52,997 nt of DNA from a virus. Its lineage: Duplodnaviria; Caudoviricetes. Shown one piece after another: positions 38,831-47,336 of the stretch. Under the pieces are notes generated by a model. The model saw only the letters and a list, made by a program, of their open reading frames with translations. It did not search any database and was not told the DNA's origin. The translations under genes were made by a program, and so were the position numbers. Position 1 is the stretch's first letter. Each line of letters starts with the position of its first letter. Where the stretch lies: positions 1 to 52,997 of the IMG/VR virus record IMGVR_UViG_3300009506_000043; one strand, given 5' to 3'.

Positions 38831-39330
38831 AACTTCTTGTTATTCCCATCCGAGAACAGCCGTAGGGTATCTCCGATCGCCAGCCGACCATTACGGGCCG
38901 TGACCGCCCCGAGTAACTTCTGTTGCGACTTCGGGCGCATGAACAGTGCCACGGTGCCAAGTACACTGGCGGCCAGGCTGTGGCGTGTCTGGGCCTCCTC
39001 GGGTAGTTTGTCGAATTCAACACGCTCCAGGCGCCAAAGCTTTCGCTTGGTCAGCCGCTTGAGTGAGGTCATGGATTGGTCGCTGACGCTGGCCTGCTCC
39101 TGGGGCGTGAGTAGTTTGATTCCTTGGCGCGGGATGCAGTCAAACAGGCGGCCGGTTTCGCGCTCGGCTATTTTGCGGGCAGTCATCAGGCAACCGCGCA
39201 TCTCCTTAGTGACGTCGGCGCCGGCGATGACGCTCAACACCCCGTAGCTGATTAACTCATAATCATTATGCTCGACCGACTCAATCAGTCGCCGGGCAAG
39301 CATCTGTGCTTCGATTTTCGGTGTAAACAT
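38827..39330 (-). CDS. Accessory protein of RAMP locus (possible winged-helix N-terminus)
   Basis: 167 aa, GAGG RBS, lies between the two arrays. Confidence 0.7.
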   Translation of the reverse strand: MFTPKIEAQMLARRLIESVEHNDYELISYGVLSVIAGADVTKEMRGCLMTARKIAERETGRLFDCIPRQGIKLLTPQEQASVSDQSMTSLKRLTKRKLWRLERVEFDKLPEEAQTRHSLAASVLGTVALFMRPKSQQKLLGAVTARNGRLAIGDTLRLFSDGNNKKL

Positions 39331-39349
39331 GATCGTTCCTCGTAAACAT

Positions 39350-39569
39350 GAGTTGTGTTGTCAGGTGCGGCGTCGTCGAATGTAGTCGTGAGCGATTGAG
39401 TCGCTCGTTGTCTAATGTGAACTTGGGGCATCGAATTCTGTCGGATGGAGTGACGTGAGGTGATGACTAGATGAGATTCGTCCCATGATGTCTAGATTCG
39501 TCTTGAGAAAACCCATTGAGATGCGTGTCGTGATGAAACGATTCATGAAGATGCGTGTCATGGTGTAGT
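39350..39569 (-). ncRNA. Pentamer-periodic array 1 (candidate guide RNA or RNAs), 44 units
   Basis: Intergenic; in 5-nt phase from 39350, position 1 is purine in 43/44 units, position 2 is A/T in 41/44, position 3 is not A in 42/44, positions 4-5 vary. Confidence 0.7.
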
Positions 39570-39583
39570 TCCCAGAATGACTC

Positions 39584-40141
39584 TTAGCTCCAGTCGACCT
39601 TTAGGACGTCGAATCGACCATAGAATCCGTTGTTGCTGGGCCGGAATGTACCGAGTCCGATGAATTGTCCCGCATCGCGCAATGTGAGTTCAAAAATCTC
39701 CTCGGTAATGATGTCATCTAACACCAGCACCTCGGCAATCGCTTCCCACTTCATGATGCGAGGAAAGATTTTCCATACTCGGCCCTTACCGCCCCGCTTG
39801 CCGTCAGCCGGCACGTACAGGTGAAATTTGTCAACCTTCTCCAATGGGACTCCAAGCAGCAGGGGCTCGACGCAGAGGATGCCGGCCACGAAGTGCTTTG
39901 TATACTTCTGGTTGCCCTTGCCGGGAATTTTCATGCTTTTGTAAGACGCGGCCTCGGAGAGACAGTTCTTCAGTGCCATTGGCGGAATGAAGACCTCTCC
40001 CTCTTCAGTGACATGCGCCTTGCGCTTCCAGATGCGCTCCTCCCAATCCTCCCAAGTCGCATCCCTAGGCTTTGTCTCGGGCACTGGCGCCGACTGACAC
40101 ATCGGCGTCACGGACTTGAGTAGACAAACTGCAGTCTTCAT
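39584..40141 (-). CDS. Stand-alone Cas7/RAMP-like RNA-binding protein
   Basis: N-terminal strand LKSVTPM, VFIPPMALKNCL (cf. RAMP IPGSSLKG), C-terminal Gly loop GQFIGLGTFRP..GFYGRFDV. Confidence 0.75.
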   Translation of the reverse strand: MKTAVCLLKSVTPMCQSAPVPETKPRDATWEDWEERIWKRKAHVTEEGEVFIPPMALKNCLSEAASYKSMKIPGKGNQKYTKHFVAGILCVEPLLLGVPLEKVDKFHLYVPADGKRGGKGRVWKIFPRIMKWEAIAEVLVLDDIITEEIFELTLRDAGQFIGLGTFRPSNNGFYGRFDVLKVDWS

Positions 40142-40160
40142 GGGTCTCTCCTAGACTAGG

Positions 40161-40205
40161 GACGGGTTCTGACGGGTTCTGACGGGTTCTGACCAGTGTG
40201 GCCAT
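40161..40205 (-). repeat. (AGAACCCGTC)x3 tandem repeat / 9 pentamer units in RAMP 5' leader
   Basis: Plus strand gacgg gttct gacgg gttct gacgg gttct gacca gtgtg gccat. Confidence 0.8.
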
Positions 40206-40492
40206 TACCAAAACTCCTGGCATCGGTTGGCTTCCTCCACGTTGCTTTGAAACCAACCGACTTGAAACGGATCAATGATCTCATACCACCACTCAATCCT
40301 CGTCGTCAGAATCTGGCGGCCGTCTGGCAGCTGAAATACAAGCATGTCTCCTTCATTGCGATAACAGAAAGCATCGCAGTATTCGACGGGAATGAAGATG
40401 CTCGCCGGGCTCTGCGGAATGTAGACAATCATCACTTCCGACTCATACGGATGCAGGATGATCAACGCTGCTACGATCCACGGCCTGGTCAC
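40205..40492 (-). CDS. Hypothetical protein
   Basis: 95 aa, coupled overlap with upstream gene. Confidence 0.5.
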   Translation of the reverse strand: MTRPWIVAALIILHPYESEVMIVYIPQSPASIFIPVEYCDAFCYRNEGDMLVFQLPDGRQILTTRIEWWYEIIDPFQVGWFQSNVEEANRCQEFW

Positions 40493-40734
40493 GTCATCAC
40501 CCCACAGCGGAAGTGTTCCTTCAGCATCTCATGGGCGCGAGTGATGGCCTGACCATCACCTTGTTCAACTCCCTCATACATGCAGCGCAACACGTCAGCA
40601 GCCAACTCACAAGCGCGATCGATGCTGCTGACATGGCCGCCTGTCTTCACCACACAACCGCAGGGCATTTCCTTGATGCCGGGAGTCAAAAAGGCCTCCT
40701 CCTGCCGCCGTCGCAGTTCAGAATCCACGTCCAC
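40489..40734 (-). CDS. Hypothetical protein
   Basis: Start reassigned to GTG at 40734 after GGAGG. Confidence 0.5.
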   Translation of the reverse strand: MDVDSELRRRQEEAFLTPGIKEMPCGCVVKTGGHVSSIDRACELAADVLRCMYEGVEQGDGQAITRAHEMLKEHFRCGVMT

Positions 40735-41401
40735 GCTGGGCAACCTCCAATCCGGTCGCGATGGCCTTCCAGGTTGTCTTATAGTCAGATTTAGTTCGCT
40801 GCTGCTCTTCAGACCAGGCAAGAAGTCGCTGGGCCAATTCTTCATGAAAGGGGATCCATGCTTCCAGCGAGGATCCCACCGCTTTCTCCGACGCAATTCG
40901 CGTCGCGATTCGGATTTCATTCGGCGTGTGGATGGATACAGCAATTTTGTCTCCAACATCTCGATAAACCTTTGCCAGAGGGGCCGCCTTGTCTCGGTGC
41001 GCGGCGGGCACGAGCCTCGCCACCATCTCCGCGATCTGCTTCGCCAGGTCATTTGGAGGCGGAGGAGGGGGAGGAGGAGGCACAGGATCATCAGGGTCTG
41101 CAAACACCACGATGTGTTGTGAGCGAACATTATTTTCCTTCACCAATACTGCGACAGTTTGCTTGGCGGCCCCGGTGAAAATAGCCGTGGTGCTATTAGG
41201 ATCGGGGCAAAAATGGACGTCGATTTCAACGAGCTGCCCATCCTTGATCGTCAGCACCCAAATATCCGAATTCGGGGCAGCCACAACCCGCACAAGCGAG
41301 GGCGGATTGCATGGCACGGGGTTGGCCGGCGTGATATCCACAGCGAAGCACGTCCCTGACAGCCCCAGCAACAGAAGTGAGAGAGTGAGTAACCGCATCA
41401 T
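40718..41401 (-). CDS. Secreted two-domain protein with poly-Pro linker
   Basis: Signal peptide MMRLLTLSLLLLGLSGTCFA; beta domain, PPPPPPPPP linker, helical domain. Confidence 0.7.
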   Translation of the reverse strand: MMRLLTLSLLLLGLSGTCFAVDITPANPVPCNPPSLVRVVAAPNSDIWVLTIKDGQLVEIDVHFCPDPNSTTAIFTGAAKQTVAVLVKENNVRSQHIVVFADPDDPVPPPPPPPPPNDLAKQIAEMVARLVPAAHRDKAAPLAKVYRDVGDKIAVSIHTPNEIRIATRIASEKAVGSSLEAWIPFHEELAQRLLAWSEEQQRTKSDYKTTWKAIATGLEVAQRGRGF

Positions 41402-41814
41402 AAATTCTCCAGTGCCTCAAGCAGTTCCTCGAAAAAGGTCACGGCAACACCTGGGATCGCCATATCGACATGCTCGGTAGCAAATCGCAGCGCCACTTCC
41501 ACCAACTCGTGCAACAGCAGGATGTAGACTTGTTCTGGGAGCAAGTCCGATTTGATGGGCACGGTGCGCAGTTGATTCAAGTATCTGACTGCCGCGAGCG
41601 ACAAGGAGCTGTCACCACGAAGCCTCTCACCATCATGGAAGACCTTGGCGATGAGCCAGAGCAGTAGATAGGCGCCGTGGTAGTACAGGAACGGATTTGA
41701 GAACTCTTCCAATTCCAAGAGTTGTCTCGCCCGATTGAGCATGTCGACTGGCAGTGGTGCGTTCTCGAACTGCTTCTCCATCAGCCGCATGTCCACCGGA
41801 TACAGATGAAACAT
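41398..41814 (-). CDS. Hypothetical helical/hydrophobic protein
   Basis: 138 aa, GGGAGG RBS. Confidence 0.6.
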   Translation of the reverse strand: MFHLYPVDMRLMEKQFENAPLPVDMLNRARQLLELEEFSNPFLYYHGAYLLLWLIAKVFHDGERLRGDSSLSLAAVRYLNQLRTVPIKSDLLPEQVYILLLHELVEVALRFATEHVDMAIPGVAVTFFEELLEALENL

Positions 41815-41825
41815 CAGTGCCTCCC

Positions 41826-41912
41826 TTAGTTGAAGTGATCTGTGAGAACCATCCCCAGCCCAATGAGGATCACAAACACCAGGAACATCGAAGCATCAAG
41901 TGGCAGCATCAT
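41826..41912 (-). CDS. Possible 28-aa single-TM peptide
   Basis: MMLPLDASMFLVFVILIGLGMVLTDHFN fills the intergenic gap exactly. Confidence 0.35.
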   Translation of the reverse strand: MMLPLDASMFLVFVILIGLGMVLTDHFN

Positions 41913-41913
41913 G

Positions 41914-42474
41914 TCAGTTACCTTCAAAGAGTCGGGGTAGGGGTAAGTGTCGAGAAAGAAAATGGCGACGACCGTATTCAGCGAGCAATGTTGCGTCGGC
42001 ATACCGTTTCGTGAATTTCACATTCGGCCAGAGATCCTCAGCCTTTTGCTTGCTGACGTTCTTGTCACCCTTGGTCACGCAACCGAAATAGGTTTGCCAG
42101 GTCAGGGGCGCAACGAATTCGGCGCGTAGCTTGCAGGCGACCAGAAAGCCCTGAATCATGCCGTAGGAGACACCGAGTTTCCATGTGCCCTGCGATCCGC
42201 GATGTGCAGTGGTCATGCGATTCGGCAGCGCCCAAAGTTTTTCCACAGTCACAAGCTGGACTGGAAAGGTTTTGCCCAGGTACGCCAGGCAGTCATAGAG
42301 ATCCCTCGGAGTCTGCTTGAGCGTCCACCAACCTGCAAACTCACCGCTCGATCGCAGTGCTACAATCGCGCCGGACTGGCCGGGGTCGATGCCGAGAAAC
42401 ACCCACGCAGAGGGCATCGCGGTACTCACCGGTTCAGGCTGCCGCTGGGGCAATTTGGCTTCTAGCCCATTCAT
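41914..42474 (-). CDS. RuvC-like Holliday junction resolvase
   Basis: FLGIDPGQSGA, VTVEK, LGVSYG, WQ, ADATLLA motifs. Confidence 0.85.
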   Translation of the reverse strand: MNGLEAKLPQRQPEPVSTAMPSAWVFLGIDPGQSGAIVALRSSGEFAGWWTLKQTPRDLYDCLAYLGKTFPVQLVTVEKLWALPNRMTTAHRGSQGTWKLGVSYGMIQGFLVACKLRAEFVAPLTWQTYFGCVTKGDKNVSKQKAEDLWPNVKFTKRYADATLLAEYGRRHFLSRHLPLPRLFEGN

Positions 42475-42994
42475 CCAGCGATTCCTTTTGCTTCGTGATG
42501 GATTGAGTCGTATCAACAAGTAGGTCTCTATCACAACGATAGACGGCAGCGTGGCCGCCTTTTTTCTCGCCGGCGGCACAAGTGCATTTCGCAGCGGCGG
42601 TCGCCCAGGCTGCGCGTTGTTCGCGTGATTGAATCTCGCCAGCGGCGAAGGCGAGTGCAATCGTGACCGCCGTCTGATGCCAGATGGTCACAAACCCAGT
42701 GTCGCGGCAGATCGAACACTCATAGTGATCGCGGCGCCAATGGGCATCCTCACTGAGTGTCGGATGTAGGTCGTGCTTGATATGCACGGCGATTGCACGC
42801 AGTTCGCCAGGCCGTGGCATCCAATGTGTGTCGCGCCGCAGCCATTCATCAACTGCAAGGATCAAGGCATCATCAGGCAGGTCGCAGAGAACATCCTTCC
42901 AGATGGCCAATTCGTCCGGGTTGATCTCCTGATGCAAGCCGGTGCAGAGTCGAGAGTACGCGGCGGTGATGTGGGAGGCGTTCATTGCTTGCAA
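42434..42994 (-). CDS. Replication accessory (helicase loader/inhibitor-like) with Zn motif
   Basis: WKDVLCDL..AVDEWL..WMPRPGELR followed by CSICRDTG and CTC; follows initiator. Confidence 0.6.
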   Translation of the reverse strand: MQAMNASHITAAYSRLCTGLHQEINPDELAIWKDVLCDLPDDALILAVDEWLRRDTHWMPRPGELRAIAVHIKHDLHPTLSEDAHWRRDHYECSICRDTGFVTIWHQTAVTIALAFAAGEIQSREQRAAWATAAAKCTCAAGEKKGGHAAVYRCDRDLLVDTTQSITKQKESLDEWARSQIAPAAA

Positions 42995-43914
42995 AACCTC
43001 CCAGGGATTTTGATGCGCCGTTTTCGCTCGGATGCGGCATCCAGTTCCTCCGGCGTCATCTCGGACTTGGGCTTCTTGCCGTCCTTGGGCTCAAAGAGGC
43101 CCTGGTAGCCATTGGCGATCGAGTGGCGGAGCGCAGCGATTGCTCGATCCCTGCCCCAGCCTTCCAGCTTCTGGAGCGTCTCGTAGGCGCCGGTTTCCTT
43201 GATCGGCTTGTGGATCTCGCTCCGGTGCCGAACCCAGTCGAGCCAGGCGGCAAACAGCTCGTCATCGTGGAAAAGGCTCGGCCAGTACAACCGGTCGCAG
43301 AGACCGGGAGGACGGGGCGGTGGGGGGGGGAGCCTTTCTGTAGATTCTTTTGAATCCAAGACATTTGATTCCGAATCCTGGGTAGGATCAAGAGATACCC
43401 TAGCGCCTTGGTTACTACTGTCGTACGACCGGGTCACTACGACCGGGTCACTACGACCGGGTCGTACGACCGGGTCACTACGACCGGTTGAAGCATTTTC
43501 CCCCTCTTCTGGGGACCAGAGTGTTACGACCGGGTCACTACGACCGGGTCGTACGACCGGGTCACTACGACCGGTTGAAGCATTCCGAGTGAGGAATCCG
43601 CCCATCCTACTCACCCGACCCTTGACATGGCGGGGGGCGTGATCGTGCCAATCGTGGATCAGGAGCCGGTACGTTTCATCGCGGTCGAGCCAGCCGGTTT
43701 CGATGAGGGCGGCCAGCAGCTCTTGGGGGTCGCCAGGCCAGTCGGCGAAGATGGCAATTTCCTCGTCTGTGTATCGACCGATATCACCTCTTGGACACTC
43801 CGTCGTGGCCGACATCCAGAGACACTCCAGGAGCCCGACAGCCTCATGCTTCGAGAGTCCCAGGTGGCGCTGAAAGCGGCGGAACTTCAATAGATCAGGC
43901 GCAGTGTGAATCAC
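42982..43914 (-). CDS. Phage replication initiator
   Basis: wHTH-type N-terminus (KFRRF..AVGLLECLW..GWLD..IHDW), repeat-containing linker, C-terminal W..R..SIANGYQGLF; start set at GTG 43914. Confidence 0.8.
   Translation of the reverse strand: MIHTAPDLLKFRRFQRHLGLSKHEAVGLLECLWMSATTECPRGDIGRYTDEEIAIFADWPGDPQELLAALIETGWLDRDETYRLLIHDWHDHAPRHVKGRVSRMGGFLTRNASTGRSDPVVRPGRSDPVVTLWSPEEGENASTGRSDPVVRPGRSDPVVVTRSYDSSNQGARVSLDPTQDSESNVLDSKESTERLPPPPPRPPGLCDRLYWPSLFHDDELFAAWLDWVRHRSEIHKPIKETGAYETLQKLEGWGRDRAIAALRHSIANGYQGLFEPKDGKKPKSEMTPEELDAASERKRRIKIPGRFCKQ
43424..43584. repeat. Iteron cluster / probable replication origin
   Basis: Nine TACGACCGG units; a 60-bp block is duplicated at 43438-43497 and 43525-43584. 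Confidence 0.8.
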
Positions 43915-44473
43915 GGGAAGCGGGCCTTTCTGCGAGTTCTTTCTTGAGGTATCGCATGGCGTATAAACGGTGTGCGGGAAAGACGCAGGCGCCGGTCTCT
44001 CGGTTGAATGCTTTCTCCCGGTGAATACATTGACAGGCGACAATCTCGCGTGATTGCCAGCCGATTAACTCGATAGTTGTGATATTGACCATTCTGCAAA
44101 GGACGAAATAGTCGGCGGCGAAAGTTGTATCTGGCGGGAAAATCATCTCCAGCTTGTGCAGTGGCATTGTGCGGAGATTTATGGCCCTGGTCTTGACCTG
44201 AATCGTCGCATTAGAATCCTGCAAATCTATGGAATCGTCGCCGCCAGGCAGGATGCGCCGATCGACGTTGAAACCTAAATATCTGCCGACCGCCATTTCG
44301 CCCATCAGGCCAAGCCAGTGCGAACCGAATCCGGCCTCAACCCAATCGACGCGATGTTTGGCACCCGATTTCTCTTTCGCCTCCTGCCGAAGCCTGGCGA
44401 GGCGACAGGCATTCTCGACCTCGATGGGCTTGAGTTCGATCGGTTCAAAATTTTCAACTGTCGTAAAGGACAC
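43895..44473 (-). CDS. PD-(D/E)XK nuclease-like protein
   Basis: GLMGEMAV..DSIDL..IQVKTR..DYFVLC..IGW. Confidence 0.6.
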   Translation of the reverse strand: MSFTTVENFEPIELKPIEVENACRLARLRQEAKEKSGAKHRVDWVEAGFGSHWLGLMGEMAVGRYLGFNVDRRILPGGDDSIDLQDSNATIQVKTRAINLRTMPLHKLEMIFPPDTTFAADYFVLCRMVNITTIELIGWQSREIVACQCIHREKAFNRETGACVFPAHRLYAMRYLKKELAERPASRDSHCA

Positions 44474-44726
44474 CAGACGCCTCCTTATGTCTCATTGGTG
44501 GCACCCCTCGCAGCTTCTCGCCGCGATTGGTGACAGAATTGGCTCGAATCCATTGCAGGGCCTCGTCGCCGAACACAAAGGCCGTGTGGCCGATGTAGCG
44601 GACGATGAACCCTCGCCTTCTGTATCGCCTGATTGAAGTGCGCTTCCAGCCGAGGATGCGTTCAAACTCCTCCAGCGGATACAGCGCGTTCCGTGAAATA
44701 CAGGCTGCTGGCGCACGTTCCGTCAT
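44454..44726 (-). CDS. Xis/MerR-type HTH DNA-binding protein
   Basis: LYPLEEFERILGWKRTSIRRYRRRG; start MTERA after GAGGAGG. Confidence 0.6.
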   Translation of the reverse strand: MTERAPAACISRNALYPLEEFERILGWKRTSIRRYRRRGFIVRYIGHTAFVFGDEALQWIRANSVTNRGEKLRGVPPMRHKEASGVLYDS

Positions 44727-45304
44727 GACTCCTCCTCTTTTACTGGTCTGCCGCGCATCCCCGAGAGTCCAGCGACAACCGAAAGCAACTCCCTGGGTAT
44801 GCGCTCCCTGAGAAACTTGCGGACATACCGAACCTTTTTGAACGACCCAAATAGTCCCTTGCTTCGGTTTGGCCGAAGTGCATAAACAGTCCACCGGCAG
44901 TCCGATGCGTGGTTCACAACATGGATCGTGCGGAGGAAGCAATACTCGTCCGGCAGCAATTCGGTCATCTCGTCCTCTTGGCCTTCCAGATACAGGTAGC
45001 ATTCATCGCTGGTTGTCAGGTGAATGAAGAGACCGAGTGTATGTGTGAAATTGCCACCACAGCCGCCGCAGCGCAACAAGGATCTCTTCCTCTTTGTCGG
45101 CAGCTGCCGCAGGTCTAACATGGGCCCGCCGCACTCGTTGCAGTGAGCGGCGTGTGTGATACGAGAGACTTCCTGGTAAGCGACGTTGCGCTCGGCCCCG
45201 CAATCAGCGCAGCGATGTTTGCCGAGGCCTAGGATGATTGGATTGCGACCATCTTGGGGATCCATTGGGATCATTTCACCGCCGATGCGTTGCCAGGTGC
45301 TCAT
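44723..45304 (-). CDS. Multi-Zn-finger hypothetical protein
   Basis: CADC, CNEC, CGGC..H..C; start MSTWQ after GAGG. Confidence 0.55.
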   Translation of the reverse strand: MSTWQRIGGEMIPMDPQDGRNPIILGLGKHRCADCGAERNVAYQEVSRITHAAHCNECGGPMLDLRQLPTKRKRSLLRCGGCGGNFTHTLGLFIHLTTSDECYLYLEGQEDEMTELLPDEYCFLRTIHVVNHASDCRWTVYALRPNRSKGLFGSFKKVRYVRKFLRERIPRELLSVVAGLSGMRGRPVKEEES

Positions 45305-45314
45305 GCGAATGTCC

Positions 45315-46421
45315 TCACGCGGCTCTATTTGCGAGCTCAGCGGCTCGCTCGTCACAGGCGACAAAGATGGCGTCCATTGTTTGTTGGTCGGCGTAACCAG
45401 CGAAGCGAGTGCCCACCCGCTCCACTTCCTCATGGGTGGTTGCTCGCGCGAGTGCGTTTCGTAAGGCCTCAGGTGTGTATTGGAGGGCAACGTGCTCATC
45501 ACTGGATTCCTCTGTTTCTGTGGGTGATTCTTCAGGGACCTCCTTCAACTCCTCGACGGCCGGCGCCGGTGATTCTGCCTTCTGCGATTTGGCCTTTCGT
45601 CGCGGCCCAGCAAGTCGATCTGTGACAGTGCCCGCAACAGGCGTCGATTCACCGAACCAGGTCTCGACCGTTTCGATTCCATCCTTGATTGATTGGTAAA
45701 CGCGAATGAGATTGAGCAGCTCAGGCTCGCGAGTTGCTGCGAGATTGTGCTGCAGAAACGCCTCCAGCATCCCGGTAGTGACGCCGAGTACGGCGAATTT
45801 CTCAGTGCATCGCTTGATTCGAGCTGGAAGGGGTTCAGATGACGTGCTTAGGGTTTTATCAACCTCATCGCTCATCAGCTCTTGCAGGTATCTGGGAATG
45901 ACCTGCTGCATGCAGGCCCTGAGCCGGCGGGCACCCATGTTCGCGTTGTGCTCATAGATATCCCTTGGGTCAACGAGCGGCTCTGGCCCTTCGCGCTTTG
46001 AGCGCAAGTGCTCATTGATCCAGCCACGGCTCACAAGTACGTTGCTCTCCAGGTCTGCGGCGAAAGCCATCAAAGAGGATTCTCCTGGCCGGCGCTCGAC
46101 TTCGCTCCAACCTGAGTAGACGTTCTTGTAGATCCTGGCCAGTTCGAGCACGGCATGAACACTGAGACCGGAAACGATCTGATTCCCGCGCTTGTAGGCG
46201 TACTTGGCCTTTTCGCAGAAGGTCCGGCTCTTGCAAACTCCGACGACCTTGTTGACGCATTGCATCTCGTCGCGAGGGAATCGCTTGGCGAGCAGCATGC
46301 CAGACTGAATCTGATAGCTGATGCGTGCAGACTCCAGATCCAGCTGGCGGCTGGAGTCAGCGATCGCGGGCAGAGATTCCGTTTCGATCTCACCTTGTGA
46401 GGTAACAAGTTCGGTTCCCAT
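45315..46421 (-). CDS. Single-strand annealing/recombination protein (putative)
   Basis: AKRFPRD..YAYKRG..GLSVH..ARRLRAC; directly follows RecE-like nuclease; AGGAGG RBS. Confidence 0.6.
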   Translation of the reverse strand: MGTELVTSQGEIETESLPAIADSSRQLDLESARISYQIQSGMLLAKRFPRDEMQCVNKVVGVCKSRTFCEKAKYAYKRGNQIVSGLSVHAVLELARIYKNVYSGWSEVERRPGESSLMAFAADLESNVLVSRGWINEHLRSKREGPEPLVDPRDIYEHNANMGARRLRACMQQVIPRYLQELMSDEVDKTLSTSSEPLPARIKRCTEKFAVLGVTTGMLEAFLQHNLAATREPELLNLIRVYQSIKDGIETVETWFGESTPVAGTVTDRLAGPRRKAKSQKAESPAPAVEELKEVPEESPTETEESSDEHVALQYTPEALRNALARATTHEEVERVGTRFAGYADQQTMDAIFVACDERAAELANRAA

Positions 46422-46430
46422 ATGGACCTC

Positions 46431-47336
46431 CTAATCGGGCATTTCGAGTGGAATGGTTTTTCCCCAACCTTGAGGAAACCAGTTGTCGGTCTCATAACGC
46501 TGCAGCAGTTCGTCGAGCCAGGTATCAGCTCGCCACCGACCGAAGGCGAGAAAACGCGGCGTGTCCTCGTAGACGTACACGTCGTAGGGCGGGCTGTTGC
46601 GAATCACGACCCAGACGAACCGCCAGCCAGTCTTTCCGGTCAGCGCTTCAATGGCTTCGAGATAAGTGACCGCCTGGACGTCGTAGCAGTACCGCTTGCA
46701 CGCCCACCGGAACGGGTAAGGCTCGGGATCCTGGGCGGTCTTGACGTCCACGACGAGCTGCGGGCGCCAGAGAACAAGGTCCAGTTCAGCCTTGCGACCG
46801 ACCTCTGTCCGAGGGCATTCCCAGAAGATTTGTACGTTCCAATCGTGCTTCAGCCGGCCAAACAGGAGACTGTTGGCAGCTTCATGACTGCGCAGATTGG
46901 CCAGGACTTGCGTGTAGCAACCCCACTTGCCGTAGCGATCTTCGATTTCAGGAGAGGTGAGGAGCTCGGCGCCTGCCGGTTGCGAGTCCCGGTAGTTAAT
47001 CCAGGCGGATCCCTTGCGATGCCCATCGGCATTCAGAGCGGTGGAGGGGATGTGGCGGATCGTCGAGGGGCAGCCCCCGGATCGGATGGCCGCCTCGCAC
47101 GCGATTCCCCAGGCTTGAGATGGGGTTGGGTCACTGGGCGGAACGATCTTCTGGACGCGGGTCCGCCAGTACAACAGAGGCGCCTGGTGAGCGAAAACCA
47201 CGTCACTCTGGGCGAGCAGCCGATGGTCTCTGTACTCTTGAGCGCCTAAGCAGACTCTCAATGCGCCGTTCACCGGATCCCCGCGCTTCGGTGGAGTCCG
47301 GCAGCACTGTACGGTCTTGGGGGTGCCAGAGGTCAT
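46431..47336 (-). CDS. RecE/DUF3799-like PD-(D/E)XK exonuclease
   Basis: KAELDLV..VVDVKT..YCYDVQAVTY..FVWVVI..PPY; true start may be ~47273. Confidence 0.85.
   Translation of the reverse strand: MTSGTPKTVQCCRTPPKRGDPVNGALRVCLGAQEYRDHRLLAQSDVVFAHQAPLLYWRTRVQKIVPPSDPTPSQAWGIACEAAIRSGGCPSTIRHIPSTALNADGHRKGSAWINYRDSQPAGAELLTSPEIEDRYGKWGCYTQVLANLRSHEAANSLLFGRLKHDWNVQIFWECPRTEVGRKAELDLVLWRPQLVVDVKTAQDPEPYPFRWACKRYCYDVQAVTYLEAIEALTGKTGWRFVWVVIRNSPPYDVYVYEDTPRFLAFGRWRADTWLDELLQRYETDNWFPQGWGKTIPLEMPD

Noticed and set aside
38715-39023. N-terminal extension of the 311-aa ORF 38088-39023
   Set aside because: It overlaps the partner gene and array 2; a strong RBS precedes ATG 38714
38736-39569. CRISPR array next to the Cas7-like gene
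   Set aside because: No 23-50-bp identical repeats with spacers; the structure is 5-nt periodicity instead
40040-40065. Array 2 NN series GC AC TG GA matching codons A-T-W-E of the RAMP gene (self-target)
   Set aside because: Only four units match and the following units do not; compatible with chance
41921-42660. RuvC gene as a TnpB/Cas12-like effector for the arrays
   Set aside because: A short stand-alone resolvase in the replication operon, with no Zn finger or REC/WED-sized regions
43424-43584. Repeats as a CRISPR array or DGR template/variable repeat
   Set aside because: No unique spacers, no adenine-specific variation and no reverse transcriptase; they lie in frame in the initiator
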